A stretch of DNA of 64,000 bases. It comes from Aminipila sp. GTDB lineage: Bacteria; Bacillota; Clostridia; Peptostreptococcales; Anaerovoracaceae. The stretch is from NCBI GenBank assembly GCA_047974845.1, contig JBKECQ010000041.1, positions 37,314-101,313 on the forward strand, written 5' to 3'. The notes beneath the pieces were generated by a model that worked only from the letters and a program-made list of their open reading frames with translations, was not told the DNA's origin and did not search any database. How positions within the stretch are numbered: position 1 is the first letter of the stretch; each line of letters opens with the position of its first letter. The position numbers were made by a program, and so were the translations under genes. This document shows positions 18,973-27,102 of this stretch, one piece after another.

Positions 18973-19010
18973 TTTATGCTATGATGACTGCAAAAGTAGC
19001 CATTATATAG
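18973..19010. repeat. Copy 2 of the 3-copy palindromic intergenic element
   Basis: TTTTATGcTATGATGACTGCAAAAGTAGCCATTATATAG. The core is the same as at 5297-5336 and 46213-46256. It lies 24 nt before the EamA ATG. Confidence 0.8.
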
Positions 19011-19033
19011 AAAAGAAAACGAGGACAATAGAC

Positions 19034-20044
19034 ATGAAGAAGGTTGCACTATATATTTTTTTAACAGCGTTTTTATTTGGAACTATGGAGGTTGCCTTAA
19101 AACTAGCAGGAAGTGGAATGGATTCCTTTCAACTTACTTTTTTAAGATTTATGATAGGAGGAGTACTGCTTTTACCATTTGCAATAAGTGAAATAAGTCA
19201 AAACCAGACTAAATTTGTTTTTAAAGACATTTTATACTTATTTTACTTAGGTGTAATATGTATACCCATAAGTATGTTATTCTTTCAATTGGGTGTAATG
19301 CGTTCAAATGCATCCACCGCGTCAGTAATAATGTGTATAAATCCATTGTTTACAATGATTTTTGCTCATTTTATTTCTGACGAGAAATTTAATAAAAAGA
19401 AAGCTATAGTATTATTTTGGGGCATTTTAGGATTAGTGTTCATGGTAAGCCCGTGGAAATTACAAGAGGGAAATACACCTATAGGAATTCTATTTATGAT
19501 ATTGGCGGCAGCTTCCTTTGGACTTTATACTGTTCTGGGCAAAAACAGCATACAAAAGATTGGTATAATGGCTCAGACAAGTATAAGCTTTATTTTAGGG
19601 TCTTTTGCATTACTGGTCATAATGCTAGTTCTTGATAAGCCGGTTTTTGTTGGAGTTAAGGAAAACTATATACTGGTAGCTTATATAAGCATTTTTGTAA
19701 CAGGATTGGGCTATTATTTTTATTTCTCAGCTATTAAGCTGTCAGATGCAACCACGGGGTCAATTGCCTTTTTTATTAAGCCGGCAATCTCTCCTATTAT
19801 AGCAGTAATAATATTGGGAGATAAATTGCTGTGGAACACATATTTAGGAATAGGGTTTATATTAATTGCTTCTTATTTAAATCTAAAGAGTAAAAGGAAG
19901 CAAAAAGAATTGACTAAAATTGATATTAAAGATATAAAAGAGATTGAATATATAAAAGAAAGTAAATATATAAAAGAAAGTAAAGATATTAAAGAAAGCA
20001 AAGATTGTATTGAGGGTAAAAGCAGTGAAAAAAAGAGAGCTTGA
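19034..20044 (+). CDS. EamA/DMT-family transporter with a repetitive charged C-terminal tail
   Basis: Ten predicted TMs in two EamA-like halves. The tail KDIKEIEYIKESKYIKESKDIKESKD is encoded by 3 x 18-bp tandem units at 19949-20002. Confidence 0.8.
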   Translation: MKKVALYIFLTAFLFGTMEVALKLAGSGMDSFQLTFLRFMIGGVLLLPFAISEISQNQTKFVFKDILYLFYLGVICIPISMLFFQLGVMRSNASTASVIMCINPLFTMIFAHFISDEKFNKKKAIVLFWGILGLVFMVSPWKLQEGNTPIGILFMILAAASFGLYTVLGKNSIQKIGIMAQTSISFILGSFALLVIMLVLDKPVFVGVKENYILVAYISIFVTGLGYYFYFSAIKLSDATTGSIAFFIKPAISPIIAVIILGDKLLWNTYLGIGFILIASYLNLKSKRKQKELTKIDIKDIKEIEYIKESKYIKESKDIKESKDCIEGKSSEKKRA

Positions 20045-20666
20045 TATTAAAGTTATTGAAGACTTATTTAAAAACAGAAAACCGGGTGTAATTGGCAGGT
20101 ATAGATATTATTCTGTTCTTGTTCCAATAATTAAAAAGGAAAATCAATTATTTTTATTGTATGAAGTTCGCTCAGATGATTTAAAACGTCAACCGGGAGA
20201 GATATGCTTTCCAGGTGGTGCAATAGAAGAAAATGAAAGCAGAAGGCAATGTGCAATAAGAGAAACCTGTGAAGAATTGGGAATTAGAAAAAAACATATT
20301 AAGGTTTTGGGTGAGTTAGATACATTGTATACCTACAGCAATTTTACAATGTATTGTTACTTAGGAGAAATTCCTTATGAAGAAATATATAATATGAAGT
20401 TAAATAAATCAGAAGTAAAAGAAATCTTCTTAGTGCCATTAGATTTTATCCTAGAAAATCCCCCTTTTATCTACAATGTGGAAGTGATACCAAATATAGG
20501 GGCGGATTTTCCGTATAATATCCTAAAACTTAACAATGGATATAATTGGAGAAAAGGCGAATCTGAGATACCGATTTATCAGTTTGGAGATAGAATAATA
20601 TGGGGGTTAACTGCTAGAATTACACACAATTTGGCAAATATATTAAATGCAAAAAACAGGGAATAA
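20025..20666 (+). CDS. Nudix hydrolase (CoA pyrophosphatase-like)
   Basis: Nudix box GGAIEENESRRQCAIRETCEELGI. The start is uncertain: GTG at 20025 has a GAGGG 8 nt upstream, and the listed TTG at 20010 is also possible. It overlaps the EamA 3' end. Confidence 0.8.
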   Translation: MKKRELDIKVIEDLFKNRKPGVIGRYRYYSVLVPIIKKENQLFLLYEVRSDDLKRQPGEICFPGGAIEENESRRQCAIRETCEELGIRKKHIKVLGELDTLYTYSNFTMYCYLGEIPYEEIYNMKLNKSEVKEIFLVPLDFILENPPFIYNVEVIPNIGADFPYNILKLNNGYNWRKGESEIPIYQFGDRIIWGLTARITHNLANILNAKNRE

Positions 20667-20802
20667 AATGCCTCTGTTTTTTTATTGGTAATTTTTATAT
20701 AATGATTTTTGCCACAAAAGGGTCTTATACTTTTTTTGGGGGCGAAACCAAATCGAATAAAATTCCCCCGTATTTTGGATAAAGTGGAAAGGGAGAAAAA
20801 TC

Positions 20803-21849
20803 ATGAAAAGGAAATTTGTAAAATTAACGTTAACACTAACACTATTAATGGTTGCAGCAGCACCTACGGCTGCCTTTGCAGGAACAAATTGTAGCGCGAA
20901 AGCTTCAGTTCCATCAAACCAGTCAGTAATTAAGACCTTTAACAAGAATTGCTCTTTAAGCCAGTTGGGGAACTACTTAGGTAAGCAATCTTGCATAAAC
21001 GGTCAAGCTAATTGTAAGTTAGACGGTGAAGATTTTGGATTTGTTCCAAAGAAAGTTAAAAATAATATAAACCAAAATGTGGCAGGAGTTCAGAAAACAA
21101 ATAAGAACTATAATACAAGTTGCAATAACAATTTAAATTGCAATAAAAGTAATAATTGCGGTATAAACAACAACTGTAATTTAAACAGCAATTGTGGAAC
21201 AGGTAATGACTGCGGCTTTGACAACAATTGTGGAACAAATAGCAGTTGTGATAAAAATAATAACTGCGGTTCAAATAATGGTTCTGGAAACAACAACGGA
21301 AATGTGAACAACGGAAACAACGGAAACAACAACGGAAATGTGAACAATGGCAACAACGGAAACAACAATGGAAATGTAGACAACGGAAACAACGGTAACA
21401 ACAATGGAAACACAAACAACGGTAACAATAATTCTGGTAATGAAAAGCCTAGCATTGATAACAATGTAGGAAATTATGAAAAACAGGTTGTAAACTTAGT
21501 AAATGAAGAAAGAGCTAAAGCTGGACTTGCGCCTTTAAAGTTAAATACTAAATTGGCAGGAGTTGCAGGAGTAAAGGCTGAAGATATGAGAGATAGCAAC
21601 TACTTTTCACATACATCGCCAAACTATGGCTCACCGTTTGATATGATGAAAAAATTTGGTATCACATATTCAAGTGCAGGGGAAAATATCGCTAAGGGTC
21701 AGAGAACACCTGAAAGTGTTATGAGTGCTTGGATGAACTCTTCAGGTCATAGAGCAAACATTTTAAGTAGTAATTTTGACGAAATTGGTGTGGGATATAC
21801 TACTGATAGCAAAGGGAATACATATTGGGTACAAATGTTTATTAAATAG
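20803..21849 (+). CDS. Secreted CAP/SCP (YkwD-like) domain protein with an Asn/Cys/Gly-rich repetitive N-terminal region
   Basis: A signal peptide, then the C-terminal CAP domain (VNEERAKAGL.PL...L...A..KA.DM....YFSHTSP.YGSPFDM...F.......GENIA.G...PE.V..AWMNS.GHR.NIL...F.EIGVGY). Confidence 0.85.
   Translation: MKRKFVKLTLTLTLLMVAAAPTAAFAGTNCSAKASVPSNQSVIKTFNKNCSLSQLGNYLGKQSCINGQANCKLDGEDFGFVPKKVKNNINQNVAGVQKTNKNYNTSCNNNLNCNKSNNCGINNNCNLNSNCGTGNDCGFDNNCGTNSSCDKNNNCGSNNGSGNNNGNVNNGNNGNNNGNVNNGNNGNNNGNVDNGNNGNNNGNTNNGNNNSGNEKPSIDNNVGNYEKQVVNLVNEERAKAGLAPLKLNTKLAGVAGVKAEDMRDSNYFSHTSPNYGSPFDMMKKFGITYSSAGENIAKGQRTPESVMSAWMNSSGHRANILSSNFDEIGVGYTTDSKGNTYWVQMFIK
21292..21425 (+). repeat. About 3.7 x 36-bp in-frame tandem repeat (NNGNVNNGNNGN units) inside the CAP-domain gene
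   Basis: AACAACGGAAATGTGAACAACGGAAACAACGGAAAC is repeated with a few synonymous or near-synonymous changes. Confidence 0.85.
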
Positions 21850-22077
21850 TTTATTCAATTCATTCCGTACAAAAGTGTGAGATGAGGTAGATTATTTAAT
21901 AAATAGGGGGATAATCCGTTACTTTTTTAAATTCTAATATACTTTTTACATAATAATTAAATATATTTTTAATATACAAAAAAATATTTTACGAAAATAG
22001 TCAAAAGTATTAAAAGTATCACTGTTAAAATGTCACAATTAATCAATAATTGCAAATAAAAATAATTTCTTGTAGAA

Positions 22078-22123
22078 AACACTTATATACAAAGTGTTGC
22101 TAGCCGCTTTGTATATATTTGTT
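22078..22123 (+). promoter_or_regulatory. Terminator/antiterminator-like alternative hairpins in the leader of the BMP ABC operon
   Basis: Hairpin B is TATATACAAAG (22084-22094) with CTTTGTATATA (22107-22117), followed by TTTGTT. Hairpin A is AACACTT (22078-22084) with AAGTGTT (22092-22098). The two share nucleotides, so they are mutually exclusive. Confidence 0.45.
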
Positions 22124-22222
22124 CCCACAATGGTCATAATAACTGTATTGAAAATTTTATTGTAAGCCTATATAATGTAGGTATGTAATATGATCAACCG
22201 TATTTCAGGAGGGAAAAATCTT

Positions 22223-23326
22223 ATGAAGAAATTTTTAGCAATTGTACTTGCGTTAACGCTTGTACTTGGATTGGTTGCTTGTGGCGGTAGTGATGCTCCT
22301 GCTGGAGAAAATGATGCGGCAGGAACTTTCGAAATCGCAATGATTACAGACGTTGGAGAAATCGATGACAAATCCTTCAACCAGGGTACTTGGGAAGGTA
22401 TCAAAGCTTATGCAGAAGAAAACAATATAACTCATAAGTACTATAAGCCAACAGAAGAAAGTGTAGATGCTTACTTAGCAGCTATTCAGCTTGCTGTTGA
22501 AGCTGGTGCAAAAATAGTTGTAACTCCTGGTTACCTATTTGAAACACCAATCTTTAAGGCTCAGGAACTTTACAAGGATGTTAACTTTATTTTAATTGAT
22601 GGAAATCCTAACGATGGTAACTTTGAACAGGAAGGCGGCCCTACTTATCGTACAGATGAAAATGCAGTGGGTATCGTATTTGCTGAAGAACAGTCTGGTT
22701 ACTTAGCAGGATATGCGGCAGTAATGGACGGATATACTAAATTAGGATTTATGGGCGGAATGGCTGTTCCGGCAGTAGTTCGTTTTGGTTATGGATTTGC
22801 ACAGGGTGCAGAAGAAGCTGCAAAAGAACTTGGAATCAATGACATTCAGCTAAAATATCACTATACAGGTGGCTTTATTGCAACTCCGGAAGCACAGACA
22901 TTAGCGTCTTCTTGGTATGCAGATGGCACTGAAGTAATTTTTGCTTGTGGTGGTAAAGTTGGCGACTCTGTTATGAAGGCAGCAGAAGCATCAAATGGTA
23001 AAGTTATCGGTGTTGACGTAGACCAAAGCGGAGATTCAGAAACAGTTATTACTTCAGCAATGAAGGGATTAGCTCCGGCTGTACAAGCGGTTCTTGCAGA
23101 TTATTATGCAGATAACTTCCCAGGAGGTAAATCTCTAGTATTTGGCGCAACTGAAGATGGTGTTCAGCTTCCAATGGAAACTTCAAAGTTCAATACTTTT
23201 ACAAAGGACGATTACGATGCAGTGTATGCTGACTTAAAGGCAGGAAATATTAAGCTAAAGAAGGAAGAAGTTAAATCAGCATCTGACTTAGGATTAAGCT
23301 GCGTTAATGTAACTGTTATTAAGTAA
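22223..23326 (+). CDS. BMP-family ABC transporter substrate-binding lipoprotein (nucleoside/purine-type, PnrA/Med-like)
   Basis: Lipobox LGLVAC-G after MKKFLAIVLALTLV, plus BMP-family blocks (DKSFNQG, GYLF, GVDVDQ). The ATG at 22223 follows an RBS GGAGGG. Confidence 0.88.
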   Translation: MKKFLAIVLALTLVLGLVACGGSDAPAGENDAAGTFEIAMITDVGEIDDKSFNQGTWEGIKAYAEENNITHKYYKPTEESVDAYLAAIQLAVEAGAKIVVTPGYLFETPIFKAQELYKDVNFILIDGNPNDGNFEQEGGPTYRTDENAVGIVFAEEQSGYLAGYAAVMDGYTKLGFMGGMAVPAVVRFGYGFAQGAEEAAKELGINDIQLKYHYTGGFIATPEAQTLASSWYADGTEVIFACGGKVGDSVMKAAEASNGKVIGVDVDQSGDSETVITSAMKGLAPAVQAVLADYYADNFPGGKSLVFGATEDGVQLPMETSKFNTFTKDDYDAVYADLKAGNIKLKKEEVKSASDLGLSCVNVTVIK

Positions 23327-23367
23327 AAAAACTTTATAAAGACGGTTGATAGAATGATTATTTAATT

Positions 23368-23397
23368 AACAACACACCTTTTGGTGTGTTGTTTTTT
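23368..23397 (+). terminator. Intra-operon hairpin/terminator after the binding-protein gene
   Basis: AACAACACACC-tttt-GGTGTGTTGTT plus TTTT. This placement is typical of differential expression of the binding protein versus the membrane components. Confidence 0.8.
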
Positions 23398-23452
23398 ATA
23401 TGCTTTTTAGGTATAATAATAAGGTATTACATTGAAAAGAGGGTAAACTATT

Positions 23453-24982
23453 ATGGAATATATAATAGAAATGTTAAATATTACGAAAGAATTCCCTGGT
23501 ATTGTTGCAAATGACGATATTACGTTGCAATTAAAGAAGGGAGAAATTCATGCACTGCTTGGAGAAAACGGTGCCGGTAAATCTACTCTAATGAGTGTTC
23601 TCTTTGGTATGTATCAACCTGAAAAGGGAGTTATAAAAAAGAATGGCAAAGAAGTAAAAATCAATAATCCCAATGATGCAAATTTAATGGGAATAGGCAT
23701 GGTACACCAGCACTTTAAGTTGGTGCACAATTTTACTGTACTTCAAAATATTATTTTAGGTGTGGAATCTACTAAAAACGGTATGTTGCAAATGAAAGAA
23801 GCTAGAGATAAAATAGTAGCTCTTTCAGAAAAATATGGTTTGATGGTTGATCCGGAAGCAAAAATCGAAGATATAACTGTAGGTATGCAACAGAGAGTTG
23901 AAATCTTAAAGATGCTTTACAGAGAAAACGAAATCTTGATTTTTGATGAGCCAACAGCAGTTCTGACTCCGCAAGAAATAGAAGAACTGATGAAAATAAT
24001 GAAGGGTCTTGCAGCAGAAGGAAAATCAATTCTATTTATTACACATAAATTGAATGAAATCAAAGAAGTTGCCAACAGATGCACAGTTCTAAGGAAAGGA
24101 AAGTATATAGGTACAATTGATGTAGCCAATACTTCCAAGGAAGAAATGTCAGAAATGATGGTAGGACGAAAAGTAAACCTAAATATTAATAAAACTGATG
24201 GCATAGCTTCTGAAACGGTTTTAGAAGTAAGAAACATGAGCGTTAAATCTAAGCACAATTCCAAAAATGCTGTAAACAATGTAACTTTTAAGGTAAGAAA
24301 AGGAGAAATTGTCTGTATTGCAGGTATAGACGGAAATGGGCAATCAGAATTAGTCTATGGTATTTCCGGAATATTACCTATAGAATCAGGTCAAATTTTT
24401 GTTAATAACCAAGATGTTACAAAATATAGTATCAGAAAGAGAAATTTGGCCGGAATAAGCCATATACCTGAGGATAGACATAGAGACGGACTTGTATTGG
24501 ATTATAATTTAGCAGAAAATCTGGTACTTAAAAATTATTTTAAACCTGAATTTCAAAAACATGGGTTTATTAACTTTAAAAAATCAAGGGAGTATTCCGA
24601 AAAGTTAATAGAACAGTTTGACATAAGAAGTGGACAGGGCTCAAGGACAATTGTGAGAAGTATGTCAGGCGGAAACCAGCAAAAAGCTATTATAGCCAGA
24701 GAAATTGATCTTAATCCGGATATTCTAATAGCCGTTCAGCCTACAAGAGGTCTGGATGTGGGAGCTATTGAATATATTCACAATCAACTAATTCAAAAAA
24801 GAGACGAGGGAAAAGCTGTTTTATTAGTATCCTTGGAACTAGATGAAGTCATGAATGTGAGCGATAGAATATTAGTTATTTATGAGGGCGAGATTGTGGC
24901 TGATTTAAACCCAAAAGAAATAACGGTACAAGAGCTAGGGCTTTACATGGCTGGTTCAAAAAGAAATGAGGTGACCGCATAG
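23453..24982 (+). CDS. ABC transporter ATP-binding protein, duplicated ATPase (nucleoside/sugar importer type)
   Basis: Two ABC cassettes: the first has Walker A GENGAGKST, and the second has the signature SGGNQQK and a degenerate Walker A GIDGNGQS. Confidence 0.9.
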   Translation: MEYIIEMLNITKEFPGIVANDDITLQLKKGEIHALLGENGAGKSTLMSVLFGMYQPEKGVIKKNGKEVKINNPNDANLMGIGMVHQHFKLVHNFTVLQNIILGVESTKNGMLQMKEARDKIVALSEKYGLMVDPEAKIEDITVGMQQRVEILKMLYRENEILIFDEPTAVLTPQEIEELMKIMKGLAAEGKSILFITHKLNEIKEVANRCTVLRKGKYIGTIDVANTSKEEMSEMMVGRKVNLNINKTDGIASETVLEVRNMSVKSKHNSKNAVNNVTFKVRKGEIVCIAGIDGNGQSELVYGISGILPIESGQIFVNNQDVTKYSIRKRNLAGISHIPEDRHRDGLVLDYNLAENLVLKNYFKPEFQKHGFINFKKSREYSEKLIEQFDIRSGQGSRTIVRSMSGGNQQKAIIAREIDLNPDILIAVQPTRGLDVGAIEYIHNQLIQKRDEGKAVLLVSLELDEVMNVSDRILVIYEGEIVADLNPKEITVQELGLYMAGSKRNEVTA

Positions 24983-24983
24983 A

Positions 24984-26117
24984 ATGGAGCGAATTAAAAA
25001 AGTTTTAGTAAGTAATGGATTTAATAATGCTATGTCATCTATTTTTGCTATCATTATAGGATTGTTGTTTGGTTTTATTATATTATTAATCAGTAATCCA
25101 TCACAGGCATTTGATGGGCTTATTATAATATTAAAAGGCGGATTTAGTACCGGAGGGAAGGGGCTTGGTCAAGTTCTTTATTTTGCCACACCTCTGATTC
25201 TGACAGGTTTGTCCGTGGGATTCGCATTTAAAACGGGTTTATTTAATATTGGTGCAGCAGGCCAGTTTATAATGGGTGCTTTTGCGGCAATATATGTGGG
25301 TGTACACTGGACCTTCTTGCCGGCGCCATTTCATTGGATTGTTGCTCTTTTAATGGCAGCTGTTGTTGGTGGGCTTTGGGCACTTATCCCCGGATTGATG
25401 AAGGCTTATTTGAATGTACATGAAGTTATTTCTACTATTATGATGAATTACATTGGTATGTATATGGCCAATTATTTAGTTAAACTTACAGTATATGATA
25501 GTATGAAGACACAATCTTCAAATGTTGCAAGTTCATGTGTCATTCCTAAGATGGGGCTTGATAACATTTTCTATAACACATTGAGTGGAGGAAAAGATTT
25601 ATCTACTGTAAATGGAGGCATATATATTGCTGTTATTATGGCGATAATTATGTATATTGTTTTAAATAAAACAACTTTTGGCTATGAGTTAAAAGCTTGT
25701 GGATACAATCCCGATGCCAGCAAATATGCAGGTATTAGTGAAAAAAGAAACATTGTATTATCAATGGTTATCGCAGGTGCACTGGCAGGACTGGGCGGCG
25801 GGCTATTATATTTGTCCGGTTCCAGCGGAAGACATATAAAAGTTGTTGATGTATTGGCATCAGAAGGATTCAACGGTATTCCAGTTGCCTTATTAGGACT
25901 TTCAAACCCTATTGGTATTATTTTTTCTGCAATATTTATTTCTTATATTACTCAGGGCGGAAATTACTTACAAAGACTTGACTATGCACCGGAAATTATT
26001 GAGATGATTATTGCTTGTATTATTTATTTCAGCGCATTTTCACTAATATTGAGAAAAATAATACCTAGTATTATACGAAATAGAGCAGAAAAGCATGAGG
26101 AAGGGGGAGAAAAGTAA
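24984..26117 (+). CDS. ABC transporter permease (BPD_transp_2 family)
   Basis: A multi-TM protein. Its start is 2 nt after the ATPase stop, and the next permease follows. Confidence 0.85.
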   Translation: MERIKKVLVSNGFNNAMSSIFAIIIGLLFGFIILLISNPSQAFDGLIIILKGGFSTGGKGLGQVLYFATPLILTGLSVGFAFKTGLFNIGAAGQFIMGAFAAIYVGVHWTFLPAPFHWIVALLMAAVVGGLWALIPGLMKAYLNVHEVISTIMMNYIGMYMANYLVKLTVYDSMKTQSSNVASSCVIPKMGLDNIFYNTLSGGKDLSTVNGGIYIAVIMAIIMYIVLNKTTFGYELKACGYNPDASKYAGISEKRNIVLSMVIAGALAGLGGGLLYLSGSSGRHIKVVDVLASEGFNGIPVALLGLSNPIGIIFSAIFISYITQGGNYLQRLDYAPEIIEMIIACIIYFSAFSLILRKIIPSIIRNRAEKHEEGGEK

Positions 26118-27076
26118 TGGATGTTTTGTATTTAGTAGTTCAACAAACAATGTTCTTTTCAATTCCACTTTTAATTGTAGCTCTGGGTGGTATGTTTACT
26201 GAACGTGGTGGCGTTACAAATATCGCCCTTGATGGTACCATGATTATGGGTGCTTTTGCCAGCATATATTTTATAAATCAAATGCAAGATACTATGAGTG
26301 GGCAATTATTATTGTTGCTTGCTATAGTAGTGGCGGTTGTTGTTGGAGCAATATTCTCATTGCTTTTAGCATATTCGGCAGTAAATATGAAAGCAGACCA
26401 GATAATAGGCGGTACTGCATTGAATATGTTTGCTCCGGCTTTTGCAATTTTTGTTGCAAGAATGATTCAAGACAACGGGGTTCAGCAGATTCCTTTTGAT
26501 AATACATTTAGATTAGTTTCTGTTCCGGTACTTGGAGACATTCCTTTTATTGGAGGGCTATTCTTTCAAAATGCATATATTACAACATATATAGGTTTTG
26601 CAATACTGATTGTTTCAACTATTGTATTATATAAAACAAGATTTGGACTTAGGCTTCGTGCTTGTGGTGAACACCCTCAGGCTGCGGATTCCGTGGGTAT
26701 AAATGTATATAAAATGAGATATGCAGGTGTAATGATTTCCGGCGGATTGGCAGGATTAGGGGGCTTAGTCTTCGTTATTCCTACCTCTACCAATTTTAAT
26801 GCTACTGTGGCAGGTTATGGATTCTTAGCTTTAGCTGTTATGATTTTTGGGCAGTGGAAGCCTATGCGAATACTTTTTGCAGCATTTTTCTTCGGACTAA
26901 TGAAAACCATTGCATCGGCATATTCCGTTATACCAGTACTATCTACTTTAGATATACCAAGTGATATTTATAAGATGATACCGTTTATTGCAACATTAAT
27001 TGTACTTGCATTCAGTTCAAAGTCTTCACAAGCACCAAGAGCTGTAGCACAACCGTACGATAAGGGTAGCAGATAA
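26117..27076 (+). CDS. ABC transporter permease (BPD_transp_2 family)
   Basis: A multi-TM paralogue of the preceding permease. Its start overlaps the upstream stop (ATGA-type coupling). Confidence 0.85.
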   Translation: MDVLYLVVQQTMFFSIPLLIVALGGMFTERGGVTNIALDGTMIMGAFASIYFINQMQDTMSGQLLLLLAIVVAVVVGAIFSLLLAYSAVNMKADQIIGGTALNMFAPAFAIFVARMIQDNGVQQIPFDNTFRLVSVPVLGDIPFIGGLFFQNAYITTYIGFAILIVSTIVLYKTRFGLRLRACGEHPQAADSVGINVYKMRYAGVMISGGLAGLGGLVFVIPTSTNFNATVAGYGFLALAVMIFGQWKPMRILFAAFFFGLMKTIASAYSVIPVLSTLDIPSDIYKMIPFIATLIVLAFSSKSSQAPRAVAQPYDKGSR

Positions 27077-27102
27077 ATAATAAAACGTAAGAAAGAGGAA
27101 TT

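Noticed and set aside
19417-19635. Same-strand out-of-frame ORFs nested in larger genes (also 30469-30705, 33269-33466, 36825-37028, 38297-38491, 20709-20894)
   Set aside because: They lie inside genes with strong family support, lack RBSs and show no motifs.
21056-21464. Listed - strand ORFs (118-119 aa) opposite the Asn-rich repeats of the CAP gene
   Set aside because: These are low-complexity antisense translations of the tandem repeats (CCF/LLP runs), not genes.
22084-22117. Purine/2'-dG riboswitch upstream of the nucleoside-type ABC importer
   Set aside because: I could not find the conserved purine-riboswitch core (the TATAAT...GGG...TACC...CCGTAAA-type three-way junction). Only a simple alternative-hairpin attenuator is visible.
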